Positions 1 to 12,456 of a stretch of DNA of 64,000 nt are shown here, in pieces; position 1 is the stretch's first letter; each line of letters opens with the position of its first letter. The DNA is from Stylophora pistillata (lineage: Eukaryota), in assembly GCF_002571385.2 (NCBI RefSeq), contig NW_019218423.1, forward strand, positions 1 to 64,000. Direction: 5' to 3'. The position numbers were made by a program, and so were the translations under genes. Below the pieces are notes generated by a model. It was not told the origin of the DNA, ran no database searches, and was given only the letters and a program-made list of their open reading frames with translations.

Positions 1-385
1 TCTGAATAAGGCGAGGCCGCCAAGCCACACTCGTCATGAGCCGTCACGCAATGCAAACAAAACATTCTGAACAAGTGTTTAGACAAAGTCCTCCTTTAAT
101 GATCAAAACATGGGCGATTCAATGCAAACTGTTTTTCCGCCCTGTTGAATTTTACCAGCTTTACTCAAAACGGAGAGATGTTGATTGCTCTAATTGATGA
201 GTTTCTCGAGCTTATTTCCTTGGAAAATTTCAAGTAAACACAATGTAATAAGGCTAGCTTTTTTAGTGTTGAAAATAATTGAGTCATTTTTCAAAACAAC
301 CTGATCTCGATTGAAACGAACTCCTTCAATTGCAAATTTGACCAGCGATTCAGCTTTTTTTGATTATAACAAGAGTAAAAACACT

Positions 386-1517
386 CTATTGCGATCTTCA
401 CCCGAAAAATTCTAATTTTAAAATTAGTCAACTCATTCACTGCTTGTCATCATTAGTTAAACTGAACAATAGTACAATTTGTGTCCGTTTCATCGATCAA
501 AACAGAAAGTTATCTATCTGGAAGAATCGAAAGTGGAGTCATTAAGTGTTCACTACTGTTCCTCTTTCCGGATGACACAGCAAAATACATTAATAGGTCG
601 TTTTGCTTTCTCTTTCGTGTCTTTCTTGAACAGAGCGTAATCAGTAGGGTTGATGGCATAGTTTAAAAAAAGAAAAGGTATTTAAGATTTTTGATCATTA
701 CATGTTTGTTTGTTCTTTGGAATATAGGCACAAGACTACATCACAAAGCAATTGTGCGGGTTAGAATGAATAGGCCGATAACAAATCCAATCACTTTCAC
801 TGAAGACTTTTCCCCGCTTTTGAACAAATATCGATGATTAAAGCAAAGTTGCTTTATTAAGATGCGCATGGCAAGTTCGTGCTTGTAAAAAAAAAAAAAA
901 ACATAAAAAAAATCGAACCAAAGAAAAATACAAGACCTCATAACGGCTGGAACTCTAAGCCATGTCATAATGTGGAGAAAAACAGCAAGAATTTTAAGTG
1001 CCCAGGAAATGAAAATCGTCAATACTCATTTGATATGTGAGTTGATGGAACAGATTACTTAGGTTACAAACAAAAATCGGAGAATGAACATAACCTCATT
1101 TTAGAGCAAAACACCTTGAGGTGATCCTGGATTATATTTATAATTTCATTTCTCAATTGTCGACGCCTAATTCGAGAAACGTCTAATGAAAGCTTAGACA
1201 ATACCAAAGATTTTGAACTTCTCAGACAAGCTGAAAAAGTTGTTTCACTTTCTCTGATTGGCGTTGTAAATGCATTTTGTCGTATCCTTCTTCATATCCC
1301 GTTGTTAGAGTCGCATTCAGTTTTCACTTCGCAGACGAAAAGCGGGGGGAAAGCACTCCACCCAGCACAGAAATCCGCAATAGTAAGAGAAACTGTAAAA
1401 GCGTTGGTTTGGTTCTAAGCCGCCGTCTGCTGCAAACAAGGAAGATGATAAATCCATTTCCAGTTATGGCCAGAATGGAAAAAAAAAACAGCCAAGAATC
1501 CAAAACCAGGTTTCCAT
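386..1517 (-). pseudogene. Degraded class-A (rhodopsin-like) GPCR pseudogene, copy 1
   Basis: Minus-strand fragments match the GPCR at 8109-8978: start METWFWILG at 1517, ILAITGNGFIIFLVCSRRRLRTK, and LCFNHRYLFKSGEKSSVKVIGFVIGLFILT (~741-880). The 3' flank (~85-400) is homologous to ~7780-8130. Multiple frameshifts, deletions and insertions. Confidence 0.85.
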
Positions 1518-1554
1518 TTTGTAATCAAAGAGTGGTTTTATTCAGAAAGACGGT

Positions 1555-2066
1555 AAACATATTTGTGCACGATCCTTCTAGTAAAGAGCACTACTTAGGC
1601 AATAGTGAAAATCAGACCTGAAAAAATTCAGGCATGTACGGGATTCGAACCACTGACCTCTGCGATATTAGTGCAGCGCTCTACCAATACAGCTAACAAG
1701 CCAACCGTGGGAGCAGGTCATTAAATTAGTCCGACATAAACCCGTAATATGATAAATCAAACACAAAGAACATATGAAATTTATAGATCTGAACTGCGGT
1801 TATAGGAACGTATTTGTGCACGATCCTCGCAGAAAAGAGTACTATTTAAACTATAGTGAAAATCAGACCTGAAAAAGTTCAGGCCTGTACGGGATTCCAA
1901 CCACTGACCTCTGCGATACTCGGTGCAGCGCTCTACCAATCCCGTACAGGCCGGAATTTTTTCACTATTGCTTAAATAGTGCTCTTTATTGCGAGGATCA
2001 TGCACAAATACGTTTCTATAAACAAAGTTCAGAGATATGAATTTCACATATTCGTTGTGTTTGATA
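1555..2066. mobile_element. tRNA-derived SINE-like repeat cluster (one minus copy plus an inverted pair)
   Basis: Minus strand of ~1630-1705 reads GGCTTGTTAGCTGTATTGGTAGAGCGCTGCACTAATATCGCAGAGGTCAGTGGTTCGAATCCCGTAC (A box, B box GGTTCGAATCC). 1755-2066 folds back on itself. Same family at 40288-40567. Confidence 0.8.
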
Positions 2067-3541
2067 CTGTAAACACTAAAAAAAAAGAAATTAATGAAAA
2101 ACAACTCAAAGAGAATCTTAATCCCTGAATCAGCTGGCTGGTGCGTAAATTCGCATTTAAGTATTTTTGTTTTTTTGGTTTATCGGAGACCAATGACGAG
2201 TAACGATGGAGACTCTGTTGCTGTCTTGAAAATGACTGTTCGTTAAATCGTTATTGTGTTTTATAACAAGTGTATGGAAATTCGGCCTTAAAACAAGTCA
2301 GAATTAACGTTTTGGATGTCTTACTCTTGTAACAGCTCTGTCCAGCATTGGTATGAAAAGTTATTTCATACTGAGCATTACATAATACCCCCTAACATGT
2401 CATGAATTTCCTGTTTGAGGAATACCAAAGTTCGATTAATTCTATACTAACGCAAATAATATTGGTATATATATGCAAGTAACCGAGAACTTCTCTCTTT
2501 TCGATATTCGGGAAAGTTATCAGAAAGTGCAGTAAAAATCGTGATAAAAAATATGTAAAACGTGGAAGGAAGTTGAAAATTTATCCTCGTTTGTCATCTT
2601 ACATAAAATGTAAACAATAAATGCGAAGCTAAAGAAATCAGAAAGAAGCTCATTGCTTTTTATTTAAAAAAAAAAAAAACACCCCCGATGGTTACGCCCC
2701 CTACGTAAACGCAGGGGAAAAACCATTGTTTGAATAGTTTAGAAAGTTTCGCAAAATGCGTCATTTAAAAATCTTTCGCGGGCAGTCGATAAATAAACCA
2801 TTATACGCACGTAATTGCGAAACAACTGAAGAGGGTGTCGGAAGGAACCTAATACTCTTTATTAGAGACAATAACTTGCTCTGTTCACACCTGTTTGGTG
2901 TGGCAATCGATCATACTTTCGATCATTTTGGCGGTGCTTTTTAATCTAGCGTCCAGTCACGGTTTTACCCTCTGTATATGGCATGTCATGTTACATCTCA
3001 CCTGCTTTGCTACCAAAGGAAAGATAACTACCTTCAATTTAATTCTAAACGCTCTAAGACCAGCTTAACACATTAAATTAACGACCTCTCTTTTGAAAAG
3101 GTGAAATTATTCATTTTCAAACTAAGTAAACCGAACTTATCTAATAATCATTTAGAACTCCTAATTTGCAATTCATCATGGCAGGTACATTGACACTATG
3201 CTTGGAAGCATTTCATTTCCAGCGTCACCCGAATTCGGCAGACTTTGTTGATTTGTGTAACATTAACAGTGAGCGCATGTTCAATGACATAATAGATCGT
3301 AACGGGATGAAAAATGTTCAGAAAAAAATTTTCTTAAACAGACAAAAGTAATACAACAAAAATCTAGTTGAATAAGTTCATTCTTTAACGGTTCGATTAC
3401 TTAAACACGATTAAATTATAATCCGAACTCAAATTAAATGTATAGGCTTTATTTGTATTAAAACCAAATGAATTACTTTCTCTTTAAAGCTCCCGCGGCT
3501 TTCCAAAGAAACTTTTCGGTGATCAGACAACACCTGACACA

Positions 3542-4412
3542 NNNNNNNNNNNNNNNNNNNNNNNNNNNNNNNNNNNNNNNNNNNNNNNNNNNNNNNNNNN
3601 NNNNNNNNNNNNNNNNNNNNNNNNNNNNNNNNNNNNNNNNNNNNNNNNNNNNNNNNNNNNNNNNNNNNNNNNNNNNNNNNNNNNNNNNNNNNNNNNNNNN
3701 NNNNNNNNNNNNNNNNNNNNNNNNNNNNNNNNNNNNNNNNNNNNNNNNNNNNNNNNNNNNNNNNNNNNNNNNNNNNNNNNNNNNNNNNNNNNNNNNNNNN
3801 NNNNNNNNNNNNNNNNNNNNNNNNNNNNNNNNNNNNNNNNNNNNNNNNNNNNNNNNNNNNNNNNNNNNNNNNNNNNNNNNNNNNNNNNNNNNNNNNNNNN
3901 NNNNNNNNNNNNNNNNNNNNNNNNNNNNNNNNNNNNNNNNNNNNNNNNNNNNNNNNNNNNNNNNNNNNNNNNNNNNNNNNNNNNNNNNNNNNNNNNNNNN
4001 NNNNNNNNNNNNNNNNNNNNNNNNNNNNNNNNNNNNNNNNNNNNNNNNNNNNNNNNNNNNNNNNNNNNNNNNNNNNNNNNNNNNNNNNNNNNNNNNNNNN
4101 NNNNNNNNNNNNNNNNNNNNNNNNNNNNNNNNNNNNNNNNNNNNNNNNNNNNNNNNNNNNNNNNNNNNNNNNNNNNNNNNNNNNNNNNNNNNNNNNNNNN
4201 NNNNNNNNNNNNNNNNNNNNNNNNNNNNNNNNNNNNNNNNNNNNNNNNNNNNNNNNNNNNNNNNNNNNNNNNNNNNNNNNNNNNNNNNNNNNNNNNNNNN
4301 NNNNNNNNNNNNNNNNNNNNNNNNNNNNNNNNNNNNNNNNNNNNNNNNNNNNNNNNNNNNNNNNNNNNNNNNNNNNNNNNNNNNNNNNNNNNNNNNNNNN
4401 NNNNNNNNNNNN
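3542..4412. other. Assembly gap (N run)
   Basis: Run of Ns; ORFs spanning it are artefacts. Confidence 0.99.
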
Positions 4413-4719
4413 AAACAGTAGAGTCTCGCTAACTGCACGGCAGTTTAGTACTATTGCTAAGACTATAACAACTGGAATGGTCCAAGCATTTGCTGAACTG
4501 CTCCGGCCGCTGGAGACAGTATCCAAGAAAAGTCACAAATTTGATGTTAATGTGTTTAATAATCGCAAGATTCACAAGGTCTTCGCACAATCACGGTCAA
4601 TCTAACTCTCTCGTTCAGTAGATTCGAATTAACAACTTAAAAGGGTGGGCAGGCTCCCAATAATAAGCACGTGCTTCCCTTGTCACGGGTTACATGATTA
4701 CGTAATATGTGCCCCAGTC

Positions 4720-5086
4720 CCCGACAAACAATAAAAATCATATGGTAAACGCGTCTGCGCGTCATAAAAGTCAAGTAACCTAACGACCCAGGACTAGACT
4801 ACACAAGTTTGTCACAGGCGCTTACACAAACAGCAACCTTAAAAAGTCCACCCCTTTGGCCATGAAGGCCTTAGGGTCGCATCCAATTGTCTTCTCGCAG
4901 ACGAAAAGTGACGGAAAAGGAATCAACCCAGCACAGAAGTCCGCCACAGCAAGAGAAACTATAAATGCGTTGGGGGGTTTTGGTTCGAAGCCGCCGTCTT
5001 CTGCAAACAAGGAAGACAATAAAGCCACTTCTGGTCGTTGTCAGGATGGAAAGAGACCAGCCAAGAATCCAAAACCACGTTTCCAT
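4720..5086 (-). pseudogene. Class-A GPCR pseudogene fragment, copy 2 (TM1-TM3/4)
   Basis: METWFWILGWSLSILTTTRSGFIVFLVCRRRRLRTK, then a frameshift to NAFIVSLAVADFCAGLIPFPSLFVCEKTIGCDPKAF; paralogous to 8109-8978. Confidence 0.85.
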
Positions 5087-5984
5087 ATTGCGATGTTCAA
5101 GTGACATGCGCAGAAGCATACACTCTTTCCGAGACTTGTCACGCTCGACGGCCATTATGGTAATATCAGTGAGTTGAAGAATTCTGCGTATATTTTGCAT
5201 TTAAATCATGTTTATGCAAAGCAAATGCTCATGAAAGTGAATTTCTTTTACTGAGGAACCTTAGGTGATCTTTTGTAAATGTAAAAGTGCTTGTACGACG
5301 AAGCGCAAAGAAAATAGTTCTCGTGGGTGCCCGTGCAAAGGGAGAAACGTGCTGTGTACGGATGAATGTAAATGTGGAACAAGCAATAAACCTTGCAGAA
5401 ACAGGGTATGCATATAAAGTTCAATACACGCATATAAAGTTGTATACATTCACTTCTTTTGTGCCTCGAATGTCCAAAAAGCTTACGAAATAATTTGTGT
5501 ATTGCCTTTCTTCAGGATTCGAACGAGCACTGAGTCGTCATCTGCCTAAATTTTTGAAAGCCGTAGAGTTCGCCTGAGGCTTACGTGTATTCCAATTATA
5601 ATGTGTAGTAGAATAAGCATCTGCCTCACAAATGCTACAAATGTCTGTGATATCTGGCATTATTTTATTTTCCTATCATTAAAATCGCTGTCGCTGAATG
5701 GTTCATAACCTGCATCAACTTTTGCCCGCAGCCACAACTTAAATGTCTTTTCTTCCACATAAATACGCTTATGGTTCCTCAGTCACGCTTTCTTGTATTG
5801 CCCTCTGTCTTCAACCTTTCGTTTCCGCCCTGAGATAATGCGTTTACCGCCATGTCCGGATCCTCCGCTAGACGCCATTTTGAATTTGTGAATGCAACTT
5901 GAAAAAGTCAGGATGACTTTTTCAAGTTTCGATCGGCTACATGAGAATACGCAGACCGTGAACGTGTCCCTTTAAGAACAAATA

Positions 5985-6657
5985 CAAGACCGCAGTTCCT
6001 CAACTACAAAGCATGCTCTTCGGCCTTACTGGAGAAACTTGAGCGTATTCACGCACGAGCTGCGCGGCTAATCTATAATCTGCGCGGCAAGTCGTTTATG
6101 GTTGTTTCAACCATAAATGACTTGAGAAATCTAAAGGGTTGGTCTCCCCTTTCCCACTTCTACTCAAAAAGGATCCTATCAATAACTGACAAATCATTCG
6201 ATGGGCTCAATAATGATCTACTTAATAAACTAGTTACAAAAAGTGCCCAAATGTATGGCCTTAGAAAATCCTTGAACATAAATGTAACAAGACCAAAAAC
6301 TGAAACAGGACGATTGAACTTTAAACATAGGGCTGCCATTGCTTGGAATAGCCTCCCGGACAGCATAAAGGAGACGTCCAGCCTTGAAGCTTTGAAAGAA
6401 AAACTGAAGAAAAACAAACTGATCTTGAGCAGTATATCTTATTCAAAGGAATCTTCATCAATTACGAATAAGGACGATATTTATACATATTTTTGAACTA
6501 ATTATTGTAATACTAGTAACTTCTATATATATGTACATATTTCTATATCTTAATTAAGTGTAAAGTTTTAAATTAGTTAGCAGGTCTACATCATGGACTT
6601 TAGTCTTCCTTACTTAGTAACCTGCTTTATCAAATAAACCATGTATGTATGTATGTA
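5985..6657 (+). mobile_element. 5'-truncated non-LTR retrotransposon (L2/CR1-type) 3' end
   Basis: ORF2 C-terminus (LERIHARAARLIYNL...YGLRK...RAAIAWNSLPDSIK), 3' stem AGCAGGT...ACCTGCT, AATAAA and (ATGT)n tail; related to 42440-43849. Confidence 0.85.
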
Positions 6658-7360
6658 GCATTTGAAAACACCTGGTCATGTTATAATGTCAATAAGGCCA
6701 CTCTTACCATTAAGTCAACAGCCTCTATTCCTTCAATGAAGTCAATGAAATAAAGGAAGGAAACTCATCTCAGGGGAGGCTCGCTCGAAGGAAACATAGG
6801 TGCAACCCTTTTTACTAATTGATGAAAATCGCTCATTGTCCGCGGTGATATTTAAACCTTTTTAATGAACAGCTAGAAACTAATTTCTAAAGATAACTAA
6901 ATAAGGGTTTTGACAAGCTATCTCTGACAGATTAAAGACATTGTCAGGGCTTCTTTTGTTGCCTCACAATAAGATTTTTGTGTAACTAAAATATTGAAGG
7001 AAGGATGGAGGGCGAAGGAATTCTTGATCATGAGAATTCCAGACAGTCTCGTTTTTCATTTTCTACATGGAAAAAGGAAAAAAAAAAACTGCAAAGCTGC
7101 GGATAGCAGTAAGGCTGTCACCGAAGAAGCAGAATTTTTTGGCTCAATTTACAGCTCTTTTTTCCTTTTGGTTTTGTTTGCAAAGCGTTTCTTAATTAAT
7201 AAGTAAACGTTTGCATTTTAATTGCAGGGGTGTTTATGTCAATTGCTATCTGCGTTTGTTAAAATTAATAATATCAAACACCAAACCCTTTTTGTCCTGT
7301 TTCGAAAACATATTTAGGAGTTCAACGTTCACCCCTTTTTTCCTCACTCGGTCTTGAGAA

Positions 7361-7574
7361 TTAACGCTTTAAACCCTTATTTTGCTATAAATATTCTCCA
7401 TGCTCTTCTCTACACATTTTGCTGTAGCACTGACAAAGAGATTTTGTTTATCAATCAAGAGCTTCCTTGGTAAACGTTCATTTCCTTCATTCTCAACAGC
7501 TTAGTGTTTGATGCAGCTGTGATACTGTAAAGAGAATTTGACGCCAGCCCAGTCTTAAGGTTCTGAGGGTTTAA
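7361..7574. mobile_element. Degenerate TTAA-bounded (piggyBac-like) MITE
   Basis: Begins TTAACGCTT and ends AGGGTTTAA; similar elements at ~15085-15305 and ~23553-23753. Confidence 0.45.
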
Positions 7575-8108
7575 CACAGCACATTCAAGTTGCTTGTTTG
7601 CCAGAAATTGTTCCTTTAAACAAACCAGCTGATTAGAACGGACAAAAAAAATACAACTCATTTGCAATTTAACTCGGAATGGTACTTACTGTACTTATTT
7701 GCTTCATTTGCATCATAGATAGACATACTCTACGAAGCGAATATCTTCCCGAAAAGGTTTTATTTATACTGTTTAAACGAAGTCCTCCTTTCACTTTTGA
7801 AAACATGTGCACATTTTTAAGGAAAACTCTTTATTCCTCTCAGTTGAATTTTACCAGCTTCACTTAGAACGGCCGGAGAGATAACGAGTTAGTGATTAAT
7901 CTAACTGCTAAGTGCTCGCTTAGGCTTGTTTCCTAAAAAAAAAAAAATTAAAGGCAGCTTAATAAAGTTGGATATTTTAACACAACACAAGAGGACAATT
8001 TTTCCAAATAAACTGATCTCAATCGACATCAACTCAAGAACTCCGTTTTAATTTGCAATCTAACTCAGCGATACAACTTTATTCCAATACAGCAAGAGTT
8101 GAAACACT

Positions 8109-8978
8109 TCACTGCGATCTTCGCCCGACACAGCGAATGCATCGTTTTATTTCCTCTTTCATGTCCCTCTTGAAGAAAGCGTAAGCAACAGGGTTCAAGG
8201 CAGAGTTTAAAATGAGAAAAGATATTTTAAATTCTTTATCATTACATGGTTTTTTGTTATCCGGAATTTGTACAAGAGTACATCGCATAGCAATTGTGTA
8301 GGTTAGAATGAAGAGGCCCATAAAAATTCCCATCACTTTCACAGCCGACTTTTCCCCGCTTCGGAACAGATATCGATGATTATAGCGGAGTTGCTTGGCT
8401 AAGGTGTGGGCGGCTCGTTCTTGCTTATAAACAACATGAAACATTGAACAAAATCAAAAGATGAGACCACAGGACGCCAGGAACTCGAAGGAGATCATGA
8501 TCATTATCCCAAAAGATTTCAAAGAAAATGAATCGTTGTCTTTAAAAGCGAGCCATCTTAGAACATAAGGAAACACAACAAGAATTGAAAGTGTCCAAGA
8601 AATACAAATCATCTGAGAGACACGTTTGCGCGTCCTGAACAATAAGTATTTGAGAGGCTTCACAACAGCAATGTAGCGATCCAGGACTAAACTACATATT
8701 AAGTTTGCTGCAGACGCATACGCAAAAAGCCACCTCAAATAATGCACTCCGTTTGCTCTAAACGCTTCGGGGCAGCATCCCGTTGTCTTCTCGCAGACAA
8801 AAAGTGAGGGAACAGCAATCAACCCTACACAGAAATCCGCCACAGCAAGGGAAACGACAAACGCATTGGTTTTGGTTCGAAGCCGCCGTCTGCTACAAAC
8901 ACGGAAGATAATAAATCCATTTCCTGTAATGGCCAGGATTGAAAGAGGCCAGCCAAGAATCCAAAACCAGGTTTCCAT
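8109..8978 (-). pseudogene. Intronless class-A GPCR (amine/adenosine-receptor-like orphan) with one in-frame TGA in TM5
   Basis: TM1 GN, TM2 SLAVAD, TM3 DRY, TM4 W, TM7 NPVAY. The two ORFs are in the same frame, separated only by TGA at 8456-8454 (..SCGLIF*FCSMFHVVYK..). AATAAA about 25 nt after the stop. Confidence 0.85.
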
Positions 8979-9202
8979 TATGATGATGATAGAAGATTGT
9001 TTCATGCCTATGTTAACCAACTGACTTGGGATCAGAATCCTTGAAGCACCTGCAGGTTGATTTAATTTCGTCTTTGAAAAATAAAGAGCATTGACATTGC
9101 TTGTCGCATCTTTCGACGCCTTAATTTAAATACACCCGAGGCAAACTAACTGTCAAAGAACAATGGCATATGTTTTTGCCTTTGGATAAATTTTTGCTTT
9201 TA

Positions 9203-10092
9203 CAGTCAAACTAAGTGAAGCGTACCCCTCAGGATTACATCAATGATTTGATTATTTGAATATTGAACCCGCTAATCGTTTCACTGAGGAGCGCAATAAC
9301 GAATTGAATATTTGAACACGGAACCCGCTAACCGTTTCAAGAATGCAATAACGGATTGATTATTTGAATATTGAACCCGATAACCGTATTCGTTTTGAAA
9401 AGGCGCGGATCATTGTTCAAATCAGAAGTCCATTTCTGATTGGATTATGCGAACACGTAATGATGGATCAGAACTATTTCAACATGGCGTCAGACATGGG
9501 GGGAAAGGTGAGTTCGAGTGTCGTGTAGAACTTCTTGTAAATGTCGTAAATGGAATGTTATCGAAAACTTTTTTCGCATATTTACATCTTGACGAACTTG
9601 TAGAAATTTTTGTGTGTATTCATGGTCGAAAAAAAGGGCTAACGCTCGAAAGGTCAGCATTTGTAATCGTTACGGTGGCCAATTTACCATTTCAACTTTA
9701 TTGATATATCCAAATTATTTCGAAATAAATAGTTTACGGGCGAAGCCATCGCAAGACTTTTTTTATTTCGTTAATATTTGCGATCGACTGTTTTCGCAGT
9801 GTTTTTACAGTTTGTTCATTTCCAGGATTCCTCGTCAAATAGCACAATCTTATTGGACTTCAGAAATGGACTTCTAATTTGAACAATGATCCGCGCCTTT
9901 TCAAAACGGATACGGCTATCGCGTTCAATATTCAAATAATCAATTCATTATTGCATTCGTGAAACGGCTAGCGGGTTCAGTAATCAAATAATCAATTCAT
10001 TATTGCATTCTTGAAACGACTGGCGGGTTCAATATCCAAATGATCAATTCATTAATGTAATCTTGGGGGGTACGCTTCACTTAGTTTGACTG
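9203..10092. mobile_element. Foldback/MITE with ~240-bp inverted arms, TA TSD (Tc1/mariner-like ends)
   Basis: ta-CAGTCAAACTAAGTGAAGCGTACCCC...GGGGTACGCTTCACTTAGTTTGACTG-ta; arms ~9203-9440 and ~9860-10092 contain ~50-bp subrepeats. Confidence 0.88.
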
Positions 10093-10104
10093 TAAAGATA
10101 AATA

Positions 10105-10163
10105 TGTTAATAGGACGAACTATTACATCGCTCGCAGCGCCCGTGGGCAAAATGAAGCGAATC

Positions 10164-10197
<34 letters not shown>

Positions 10198-10579
10198 TGG
10201 CCCATCTTGCCCGCTCGGGATTGCCCGTGTTGATCCCGCGCATGAAAAAAATTGAATTAAAGCTGCGTTCGTAATTCTTGGGCAATTTCGGCGATGGAAA
10301 CACAAAAAGTGGCAGAAGATAGTAAAAAAAAAAAAAAGAAAGAAAACAGAAACGACTCTCGTGAGTTTGGTGTGCTTCAAACACAGTTGGCTTTCTTTCC
10401 TGGCTCTCGAAGTAAACACGTCATTCTTAATTCTTGATAAAGCGAAATGTTTTTGCAATATAATAAATACTTTATTGACCAAGCTTGTTCCCGTCAAGAT
10501 GGCTGGATGTTAGCCTCGATCTCTTTTCGCATTTTTATGGACCTCGACTTCGTCTCGGCCTATAAAAATGCAAAAAAGC

Positions 10580-10615
<36 letters not shown>

Positions 10616-10640
10616 CGGCCATTAACGCATATATATTGAC
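10105..10640. repeat. Interspersed repeat (non-autonomous element)
   Basis: Internal hairpin CCCGAGCGGGCAAGAT..ATCTTGCCCGCTCGGG and TCAAGATGGCTGGAT..ATCCAGCCATCTTGA inverted motifs; no credible ORF. Confidence 0.55.
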
Positions 10641-12456
10641 TTGATAACTGTATGCACAAAATGAAAACTGGATTCCAGAATATACTTTAAATCTTGCTCA
10701 CGATTGTTAGTTGAACATTTAAAATCACATATGAAGGGTCTTGGAGTCAAATGATTAGCCATAAAACGGCAAAAAGTTAGCCGTTAGGCGTAAAATTTGA
10801 CAAAATCTAACAGTTAGACGTAAAAGAGGTGACCGTGAAAATTTTCTTAGATGCCTGGTCTTGTGGCCAAGTGGGAAAACAGAAAATTATTATTTGATAT
10901 CAACCCAACAGGAGCTCCTTCTTGAACTAACCATGTTGCTTGACTCTGATGGTATAAATGAGAAAGTAAATTTATCTTTAAAACAATGGAAATCTAATCG
11001 TTAACTTTTTCGTGTGTAGCATCTTGTACTGTTAGCCGTAAAACAGTCAAAATTTTTACTGTTAGCCGTATAATCAACACCCCATTGAGATCTTCAATAT
11101 AGTGCTGCATCTCCGTTCGCCTTCCCTCTTTCTGCCGGATAAATCCAAAGAAAATTTTGGTACAAGTTCAGTCTTTTTCTGGTTCCATGAAATAAAAAAA
11201 AAGAGTCTTTAGATTAATCTAGTTAATCTTCAATCAAAAGCCTCAAAACACCTCACAATTACGTCATTAGCCTTCATTTAACTTACTCTTGCTAATAATT
11301 TTCACAATGTTGAAAAAATTTGCGAAATTAAAAAACATGCGAAATTTTATTCTATAATCGAGTTCAACTAATGGTCCATTATTTTCTCTTGAATGTACTA
11401 AATTTCAGCGTCCCTCCTCCCTACCTCCTTTGCCCCTGAGAAATTGATCTAAAAAGCTGTGCAGTGTACGGTAGTTGGCGGGTACGATGAAATCATAACT
11501 TACATACATATGGAGTGCATATCTTTCATTATGAATGAGCGCAATAGAATATAAAGTGTTTAAAAATGGAAAGATCATGGTTATGACGTTTATACGCGAA
11601 AATACACCGAGGAAATTTATTTAGTTTTCAGTGATCAGCTGGTTGTAGACAACAACAGCAACATTAACAACAATATTAATTAATGATAATATCAATGTAT
11701 TAATAATAAGTAATATTTCTCCCCTCCAAGTTAGCTATGATATCCTTTCGCCCCAGTTTCCCAACAACCACATCAGAACTAGCGGATTAAAGGCCGGCCG
11801 TGAGCTGAAACTAATGGATTGATGTACCGATAAGCTTATAAATTCCAAACGGTCTAAACAATGTCTCTTTCTGAATACTGCAACCCCGCAAGCCTGTGCT
11901 TCCTGTTTCATCTCACGTTCCAATCTTTGGAAGACTTTCTCGGACAGCAACAACATAAGAAAGCTGGCATGAAAGTGCGGAATAATTGAAGGAAATTTCG
12001 CATACAAAAGTAAGCAACCCTAGTCGTTCCTTCCTGCTTTACGCTACATGTGTAAGGAATGGAATGGCAATAATCTCGTTAAAAAAAAAAAAAAAAGCCA
12101 TATGGTCATTCATTTCAATCATGGAGTTTACCCTGGTTTCCTGACCCTGTTAGTTTCATAAAAAAAAAATACAAAGCAACATTCCTTTCTTTCTGTTGTT
12201 TTGGATAGCCCGTAAAATCTCAGCGCTGTGTAGGGAGCGTGGAGTCAAAACAGGCCTACGCTGGTTTACGATGTCTACTGCGCTTAAATTACATGAGTGG
12301 GTTTTGTCATGCGATGAAATGCCATCCCGGATATTCAGCTCACGTAGTTTCACGTATAGAATATTCTCTTCATATAAAATACGAGGTGGCCTGTCGCGTA
12401 TACTTTCATAGTGCTGCACGCGGCTGAAACAAGGAGTTCCTATCACTGATTGCACC

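Noticed and set aside
1630-1705. Functional tRNA gene
   Set aside because: D-arm and stem mismatches, variable anticodon among copies, and embedded in a longer repeated element.
3429-4526. Long ORFs across the N run
   Set aside because: Artefacts of the assembly gap.
8454-8456. Selenocysteine or global UGA=Cys recoding in the GPCR
   Set aside because: No room for a SECIS; neighbouring copies are clear pseudogenes; both P450s use TGA as a normal stop.
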